Shown here: positions 1 through 64,000 of the stretch, one piece after another | Layout: the number at the start of each line of letters is the position of its first letter | Numbering within the stretch: the first letter of the stretch is position 1 | Source of the DNA: Octopus sinensis | Lineage: Eukaryota | Direction of reading: 5' to 3' | DNA length: 64,000 bases | Assembly: GCF_006345805.1 (NCBI RefSeq) | Contig: NC_043019.1 | Location: 2,604,001-2,668,000 of the forward strand | The notes under the pieces: generated by a model | Told to the model about the DNA's origin: nothing | Databases searched by the model: none | Seen by the model: the letters and a program-made list of their open reading frames with translations, nothing else | Program-made: the position numbers and the translations under genes

Positions 1-63
1 ATATGTATGTATATATATGTGTATATATATATTTATATCTGTATATGTAACTATATGTATGTA

Positions 64-157
<94 letters not shown>

Positions 158-207
158 TATGTAGGTGCATATATATTTTTATATGTAACTATATGTATGT
201 ATGTGTG

Positions 208-273
<66 letters not shown>

Positions 274-685
274 GGTGCATATATATGTATATATATATAT
301 GCATATATGTATATATATATATGCATATATGTATATATATATATGCATATATGTATATATATATATGCATATATGTATATATATATATGCATATATGTAT
401 ATATATATGCATATATGTATATATATATGCATATATGTATATATATATGCATATATGTATATATATATGCATATATGTATATATATATGCATATATGTAT
501 ATATATATGCATATATGTATATGTATATATATATGCATATATGTATATATATATGCATATATGTATATATATATGCATATATGTATATGTATATATATAT
601 GCATATATGTATATGTATGTATGTGTATATATGTGTGTGTGTATATGTGTATGTATATGTGTGTGTGTATATGTGTATATATATG

Positions 686-716
<31 letters not shown>

Positions 717-893
717 GTATGTATGTGCATATATATATACATATGCATATATGTATACATATATATGTATATATATACATGTATATATATGCCTATGTAT
801 GTATATGTGTATATATGTATATACACATATGTGTGTGTATGTATATATGTATATGTATGTATGTATATATATATATGTCTATATATGTTTATA
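1..893. repeat. (TA)n/(TATG)n microsatellite containing a 20-bp minisatellite (atatatatgcatatatgtat)n at ~285-620
   Basis: Directly visible; exact 20-nt periodicity at 361-520. Confidence 0.95.
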
Positions 894-894
894 G

Positions 895-940
895 ATCATC
901 ATCGTTTAGCGTCCGCTTTCCGTGCTAGCATGGGTTGGAT
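895..940 (-). mobile_element. 3' tail fragment of a SINE-like repeat
   Basis: catcatcgtttagcgtccgctttccgtgctagcatgggttgga; a similar tail occurs at 30157-30210 (+) and 58915-58965 (-). Confidence 0.6.
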
Positions 941-1472
941 CCAGAGAAGATTCACAAAGATCTTCTCTTTGCAACAGCTCAGCTACTGGGAAAGGCTGAA
1001 ATAGCTAAGACTCTACTCCCTGGAGAGAAGACGGAAGAGGTATGCAGTAATATATAGCTGGAAAATCCTGGAAGGAATTGTGCCAAATTTTGGCATTGAA
1101 AGCTACACTAATGCCAGAGCGGGACGACACTGCATAGTGCCAAAGATCCCAGCAATGCCATCACGCTTCAGGACCAGTTACTGCAACAGCCTGGTTTTCA
1201 ATGGCCCACAACTTTTTAATATTCTCCCAAAGAGTCTGAGGAACTTGCACAAAGTAGATGTATGGGTTTTTAAATCAAAGCTAGACCTCTTCCTGTCGAG
1301 AGTCCCAGATGAGCCTACCTCACGGCAAGAGGTGCAAATGAGGGTAGCTATATCAAACTCCATTCTTCATCAAGTGCCACATATTAGAGGAGGCTTCTAG
1401 TAATAACAGTGTAGCACAAACTGGCGGTGCATCAGCATGGCCACAGCTCTGAGCTGAAACTTAAAAAAAAAA
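941..1472 (+). mobile_element. 5'-truncated CR1/L2-group LINE 3' end
   Basis: Translates IQRRFTK...SYWERLK*LRLYSLERRR...GPQLFNILPKSLRN...FKSKLDLFLSRVPDEP (typical post-RT C-terminus); ends in an A-run. Confidence 0.85.
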
Positions 1473-1710
1473 TTGCGTTTATTAATGGGTATATATACAA
1501 AAGTATATATGCATATATATATATCTATATATATATATATATATGCATATATATATGTATATCTATATATATATGCATATATATATATGTATATCTATAT
1601 ATATATGCATATATATAATATCCATATATATATGCATATATATATATAATATCCATATATATATATAAACATACATGCATATATATATATATGCATATAT
1701 CTGTATATAT

Positions 1711-2764
1711 AAAACTGAGAATAGGTGTGAAATAGAAACTAATACTATGGAGAGCATTCAGCAAATAGCTAACTCTATCTACCAGAGTATTAAGGTCACA
1801 ATAGACTACCCTACTAAACACCCTAACCATAGACTACCAGTACTAGACACAGAACTCTGGCTAGAAACTGAGAATAATAAAACCTGAATCCTTCATTTGT
1901 ACTATGCCAAACCTATGGCTTCCAAATACTTGATCCACCGGAATTCAGCTATTGCGAACACTGCCAAATTCAATATTTTGATGGCAGACCTTGTTAGAAT
2001 AATGCGGAATGTGTCCCGCATGTGCAAGCCTACAGAGTTAAAGAGACACATACAACATTTCGTCCACCACATGCAGTTCTCAGGTTACAGCCATAAAGAA
2101 AGGATCAGAGTATATAAAGGAGCCATGAAGAAATTTGATACTATCTTATGTAATGATAGGAATGGGATTTGCCCACTCTATAGGAGCAAGTCATGGAACA
2201 CTATTGAAAGGACAAAGAAAATAGGGAAGGCTAACTCTTGGTATGATAACCACAAATACCAGAGTGTCATGTTCGTCAACACTACCCCTAGAGGTGAACT
2301 GGCGTACCACTTTAGAAGGACCCTAGACAAACTTAAGCTAAGGATTAAGGTTGTTGAAAGGCCAGGCAACCCTATCAAATCCATAATCGGTAGAACCTAC
2401 CCTTTTAGTAGAACCCCCACAAACAAACTGTAAAGCCAGAAATGTAGTCTATAGTATAAGATGTATAGAGGGATTATGCAGTAACAAGACAATGACATAC
2501 GTAGGGGAAACAACACGGAGCATAGGAGAGCAAGTAAATGAACATTGGAGAGAACTTAAGGAAGGAAAGAGCTCATCGATACTGTACCAACACGCCGAGC
2601 AGGAACACGGAGGCTCAATCAACAACATAGAAGTTAAAATCTTGTCCACACATAGAACAGATGCAACAATCAGACAAATTACGGAAGCTACACACATAAT
2701 AGAAGGTAAACCTAGCCTGAATAGGAAACTGGAATGGAACACTAGCACACATCACGACATATGA
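1711..2764 (+). mobile_element. Penelope-like element (RT thumb plus C-terminal GIY-YIG endonuclease), 5'-truncated and decayed
   Basis: LPVLDTELW, YYAKPMASK, FSGYS, PLYRSKSW, IKVVERPG, then CKARNVVYSIRC...TYVGETTRS...EH...LNRKLEW. In-frame TGA at 1885-1887 and a frameshift near 2430. Confidence 0.88.
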
Positions 2765-3317
2765 CAGAAGAGGATCCCCATAAACTGGTTACAATATAAA
2801 CAAAACTGAAAACATAATAAAATACACAGATAAATGAACAAATGGAAGTAAATAACTATATACATTTATTATTATTATTATTATATATACATACATACAT
2901 AATAATGATAATAATAATAATAATAATAATAAGTGGGTGTAAACACATGAACAAAATAAGAATAAACAAAAACAAATTACTCGAATGTATAAAACAGGAG
3001 ATACAAATATTACAGGCATTTCCCCACCCACACACACACACACTAACTAAACATAGACGCACATAGAGATATACGCATGCGCAAATGAAGACACAATAGA
3101 AATTTAAAATGGCTGACGGTTAGTAAGGAGAGATACACAAATAAGAAAGAAGAAAGCAAAGGACCACTGGTGCGGTTACAGGAGTATGACGAAAGAACTC
3201 TGGCCAAAATAAGATTAAGATTAATGTAAAAAATAAATAACGCTGAAGCAAAGTAACACCAAATATATAGTGCGTGTGTTTTTATTGGCTAAACTGGCAA
3301 AATGACCATTCCTAAAT

Positions 3318-3368
<51 letters not shown>

Positions 3369-3393
3369 CAAACTTAAATTATGTACATTATTT

Positions 3394-4196
3394 GGTGATC
3401 AGTAAATTCCACCAGTTAAATTTCACCATAGGTAAATTACACCATGGTATATTCTACCATGGTAAATATCACCATAGGTGAAATTATCATTATTATTGTT
3501 ATTAATATCATTATCAAATCATTATTTAGAAGGGTTCCACAATGCTTTGTGCTCATCACCTAACATCCACACATCCAAATTTGTGGAAACTATGCACTGC
3601 CCTTGAACCTGAGGAAGGATTAAGCCAGACAAAAATTGCACACGTTCGAAGTGGAGACTCAACAACAACAAAAAAAGACCTATCAAATTATTGATGCATG
3701 ACTGAAGAAGCTAGTTCAGGAATATCACAATGAAAACCCTCTGCAATTTTTAAGAAGTATTGCACACAATTTGTCTTAAGAAATTTTTCTTTAAATGAAT
3801 TAAAACTTTCTTATCCTAAGTCTACTTCACAATGTACTCACTGTTATTTTTTATCCTATTGTTATAATAAAATGTATGCTAAAATTTAATATTTTCTTTC
3901 TTTATCCCAAATTATATTATGTTTGAAATTTTGTGATGAGTCTTTTTCATAGATTCTTGCTCGATGGGAGTACATTAAAGTGATCCCATATCAATTCAAG
4001 TAGATTATAAAGATTATTTTCTATCTCACCTTCAGATTCTCTCTCTCTCTCTCTCTCTTCTTTAGACTTGAGAGATAGACAGATTAAATAACATGGTTAG
4101 TTTCTCTAGACCCACAGTCTAGAGAAACTGACCATGGTGATTATTAGTGGGTGGAATTTACCATGGTGGAACCGTAGTGGAATTTACCTAGAACCC
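3394..4196 (+). mobile_element. Internally deleted Mutator-like (MULE) DNA transposon
   Basis: 3526-3779 gives LEGFHNAL/HPNLWKLCTALE/LKKLVQEYHNENPLQFLRSIAHNLS* across frameshifts (MULE transposase C-terminus). Ends carry inverted ~15-bp subrepeats (aaattccaccatggt). Confidence 0.65.
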
Positions 4197-5862
4197 ATTA
4201 TATATATATATACAAGTTGTGTACATTGATTATATGTATATAAATATACATACATTATAATTGTAGTATATTGCTCCCTAAGATTTGTATCTATTTTCCA
4301 TAATTTTGGTTTAAGGATATTTAACTTTGATGAATTATGAAGAATTACATAAGTTGATTTAAATTCATATCTTCACTTGGTTATTATTGCATTGTATGTT
4401 ACTAATTTATTATCCCCCACCCCCATTTTTTTTCCTACCTAATACTGTTTTGGTTTTAGCAGGCAAGATAATTTTGCTTTTGCTAAATATATTTCTTGAT
4501 ATTATTTGATTAAGCAATTCTATATCAACTTATTTTCTTTAATCAATGTGCTTTCTCTACTATTTATTTCTAAGAGGATGCAAACATTTAACTGCTGAAG
4601 CATGTAACTCATTCATTTGTACATATATTAAAAATTTAATGTCAATTTAAATGTTATTTTCAGTGTATTGTTCTCATAAATTCTTTGTTCTTATTTATGT
4701 CATGTCATTTGATTATATTATGTCAGATGTAATCACTCATAGCTAAACTTTTTACATTTTCTTCTTAACTTTTTATATCACACTAAAATCTATAACTGCT
4801 TTGTAACTGCTCGTTGAATAACTAGATGATATTTCTGATGCTTTCATGAACTTACTCGATTTTAATGAAATGGGATGGGGGAAGAAACTAAATCAAGTTT
4901 TTTGTACAAAAATTTAAACTACCTTTATATTTATTTTTGAATTTAAGTTTGTAAGAAGAATTTTTCCGAGCATTTTCTTAAAATTTATGTATCACTCTAT
5001 TTGAAAAAGCTTTCTGTGCAAAGAAATTAGTATGAAGATGGCTTTTGAGTAATGAGTCATAGATTCTGTCATTTCTTGTGAATCATAAACATAAATTGGG
5101 AAACTATTAGGGATAATCAGGAAGACTTCTGCTTAAACCTCATTTGAAAATTTTGGATATAATCACATAATGTACAAGAGCGTCAATCAACTTGCAAAGC
5201 ATTTACTAGTTACCTCTGTGGATAGGAATCCCTGTCACTGTAGGTCTTGTCAACAGAAAGATTTTAATCCAACACCAGAAAATGAATAATCAGTAATTTG
5301 CAGTGTTTAGAGCAGAGAATTTGTTATATCTGAGTTGGTTGTTAAGAGTTGAATGAAATTAGATACAAATGCATAATCCATGATGACAATGGTTGATATT
5401 AAATACTATCTAGTGTTTCTGATTCCTATGACATAATCTTTTACTTGAGAAGTAGATCAAACACTATGAAAGCATACTAATTAAAAGCCTTTTAGTGTTT
5501 ATTACTCCTCTATCAGAGAAGCCAGGGCTCTTGCATTTCCTTGTCACATTCTTTGGAGTACCATGTTCTTTCTAGTTTTTCTTTTTGTCTTTTTTGAAAT
5601 TGTCAGTTTGACTCAGAGTAAATATATTTTCCTTTATTTTTAAAAAATCAGAATATACAAAATAGACATTATGACAAGTATTAACCATCTCTGTCAACCC
5701 GTAGTACATAAAATAGAAATGATTTATTGTAATATAACATAATGACAGTTTAAAGTTCTATTCTAGATAGATTTCTCATTCATTTATAAGTATGTTTGTA
5801 TATATATTATGTAGTAAGGCTTCAAGAAGTAGAAAAACACTTGATCAGCTAAGAGAGTAAAG

Positions 5863-6053
5863 ATAATCTTATAATAAAAATCTAAAAATCTTGTAAAAAC
5901 AGTTACCCAGGGTTTTCTGGTTGAAATAATAAAAAAGACAACTGACAAGCGGTCGTTTTCAGTTTGATAAATGGCAGAATAGATTATTATTTTGACCGGA
6001 AAACCCTGGGTAGCTGTTTTTATAAGATTTGTGATTTTTTATTATAAGATTAT
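5863..6053. mobile_element. ~190-bp fold-back, MITE-like
   Basis: ~68-bp imperfect inverted arms (ataatcttataataaaaatc...acccagggttttc / gaaaaccctgggt...attataagattat). Confidence 0.65.
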
Positions 6054-8383
6054 GTGTGTGTGTGTGCATGCATGCATTGAACTGTATCTTAGTTTTTGGG
6101 GTTAAAGTTAAATTTGTTCTTCAGAAAGTATAATTCATAATAAAGTTGTATGGCAGTGCTTTAGAATATTATGAAGGCAGTATTTGTTTGTGTTAGAAAA
6201 AGTACCTTACAGTTTTTAGTTAAGTCTAATTGAATATTGCCTCCCCTTAAATTAAAGCCATGTGTTCTTGTCAGAAAACAATATTTTAGTATTTTTGTGT
6301 TAAAAAGTTTTAGAAATAGTAATTATTCAAATAAAAGTACATTAAAATGATTTTAGATTTTTATGCATGTTTACATTCAAAAATATTTTGCACGACCATT
6401 TTAAGGACTTTCAATAATTTGCTTCTGTGACTTAAATTACTAAGTGAAAGCCAGAAATTACTTTCAATTTGTATGTTCATTTTTGTTTTGTTTTTGTGAT
6501 GTGTATGATTGTCTCTGTGTTACAGTTTAACAAAAAGTAAAATTGAGATAACTATTGTTGCTTAAATTTTCACTTCCCCAGCCTGGCCAAGTGGCTGGAA
6601 CTAGTAAAATTACAAATGCAATTTCTCTTATACATAATTTTTAATTCTTTAGAATAGTTTTCTAGGAAAACTTAGCTTTCTTAGATCACAAATTATCAAT
6701 GTAAAATGAATTCTTAGAAACATGATTCCTGAAATTGATTTCGAAATCCTCTGATCAATGTTTAGTGGAAAAAAGATAAAAAATATCAGCTCACATATCT
6801 ATACAAATATATCCAAATGTAGACACAAACATGTATATTTAAGTATTTAAATGTTTATTGCCATTTAAAGGTAGTCTCAAGTTTGAATTTTGAAGGAATC
6901 AAATAGAATTAGAAATTTAAGTTAAAAACAACAAAGAAAATGTTTGCAAAGATTATGTATAACATGAATTTCATAATCTACATGATGTAAAATTTGATTC
7001 TACACAATAGAGAAAGCATAGTAAAAATTTGTTTGAAGAACTAAAATATATGTCTGTAATTGTCAAAGCATAAATGAAATTCATTAAAGTTAAATTAAGG
7101 ATAATTTCTTAAAAAATAAATAGTATTTATTAAGTTTCAAGTTAGAGGTCTTTGAGTTTTTCATTTGGTTCTAGAAAAATCTTTATTATAGACTGGGTTT
7201 GCTTTAGGCCAATTTATTCATTGGTAATTTCTTACTACATCAAAGTAAAATGAAATCCCAGTGTCAGACTTGAGTTAGCAATAAACTGAGTATACTGATT
7301 GCAACAGTGAAGTTACTCTATCATGCCAGAAAGAAAGATGTATCAGCATTCAGTTATATATATTTTACTTATGATGATTATCAAATTTAATAACTGCTAA
7401 ATTTAGGGTTCAGATATTAAGATTCAAAGATTTATACAAAGCATAAACTATAGATTAAATTTTTCTTTATAAATATTAAATTGAAAATTTATCTGAAAAA
7501 GTTAAAATATTTACACTAGATTCTGATGCACCATGTATATTTGACTTGATGTTTTAATAAAATGCATCATTTCATGGTTTATTGTATCGATTTCCAACAA
7601 CTTATATGAAAAATAATTTGAATATAACTTAGCATTTTCTGCTTTCATGAATCATAACTTGTTAATAAGTTGGTCTAAAACAAGATATGGTAACTTATTC
7701 TCCAGTCAATTAGGCTTCATAATACCTATTTTACATCTAGCAAAATAAAGATCAACTATTTTTGATCTATAACAGGAATCTTAAAGGATTTTATTGTTTC
7801 CACTCTCGACTTTGATTAGTACTCCTGCACTAATAACTTTCTATCATTTTGTGTTCATTTAGAGATAGGTTTTAGATAAGACAAAATGAACAGTATTGAA
7901 TGTTATATAACCATTATCTAACTCTTTTATTATGATAAAATTAGGCTCATTTTGTTGTGGTTTTTATAATAGTATTAATTTGATTCTACTCCATGAAAAG
8001 CTTTCACTGAAATATTTTATTTTGATGTGATGGTTTTTACTTTTAAAAACTTTTTTTAAAAATTAAATTGAATTTCAAACAGTAATCAAAAGAAATATAA
8101 AACAGGTATGGTGTTTTACAGAATTTCATTTTGACTTAGATAAATTTTATTGTAAACTACAGTTTTTACAGGCTTGAAAAGCTAAATTTTGAACATACAC
8201 ACATACACAAATTTACTTATATGCTGTTCCTCAGTACTTTTGTATAATCATATAATTTATTCTTTTATATTAAATTAATAATAATAAATCAGTTTTTAAG
8301 GTATTCAGATAAGTTTTGTTCAAGAAAGAAAAAAGATAAAATTTGTTCTTAATATCTTTACATAAACATTCTTATTTTTGCAG

Positions 8384-63827
<55,444 letters not shown>

Positions 63828-64000
63828 GTAAGACATTTCGAATGTATTGCTTTTGGTTTTGTTAGTCTAAAATTAGATAGTTTGTGTGTAGGGATGTAAT
63901 AACAATTACTAAAGTAAATAAGTCCTAAATAAGAGAAAGTGTATCAGAATGTAGTTGTTAGTGATCGTTCATTTATGTGGTTATAGTGTTTAGGTTATCT

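Noticed and set aside
1885-1887. In-frame TGA in the Penelope-like ORF as possible selenocysteine (reported for some Naiad PLEs)
   Set aside because: Not at an evident Cys position. The copy is truncated and frameshifted, and no SECIS was recognised; CGA>TGA decay is simpler.
8083-8105. Candidate 23-nt exon (cag|...CAG|GTATGG) upstream of VWA1
   Set aside because: Weak pyrimidine tract and not a multiple of 3, unlike all other exons.

Overview
AT-rich eukaryotic genomic DNA, probably from an octopus-like coleoid cephalopod (inferred from recalled SINE/MITE families and huge TA/TATG microsatellites; no search run). The whole window lies inside one + strand gene, with neither start nor stop codon visible. 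It encodes a secreted/ECM-type protein built from tandem von Willebrand factor A (VWA) domains (collagen VI alpha-3/matrilin-like). I reconstruct 12 exons (3018 nt, about 1006 codons): five 549-570 nt exons each encoding one VWA domain, and seven 15-39 nt linker microexons. All are GT-AG, phase 1-1 and multiples of 3. VWA1-3 carry His instead of the first MIDAS Asp, VWA4 has Gly there, and only VWA5 has an intact MIDAS. A decayed tandem copy of the VWA5 exon lies just downstream of it. Introns hold decayed TEs (CR1-like, RTE, Penelope-like, CRE-like, Helitron, MULE, MITEs, tRNA-SINEs), two minimal hammerhead-ribozyme motifs, a ~1.1 kb fold-back and a ~7 kb microsatellite field. Most ORFs in the track (Y/I/M/C-rich) are microsatellite artefacts. 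I see no clearly new biological system. The best leads are the modular VWA/microexon architecture with His-substituted MIDAS and alternating domain charge, the fold-back, the ribozyme motifs and an exact RTE 5' inversion.
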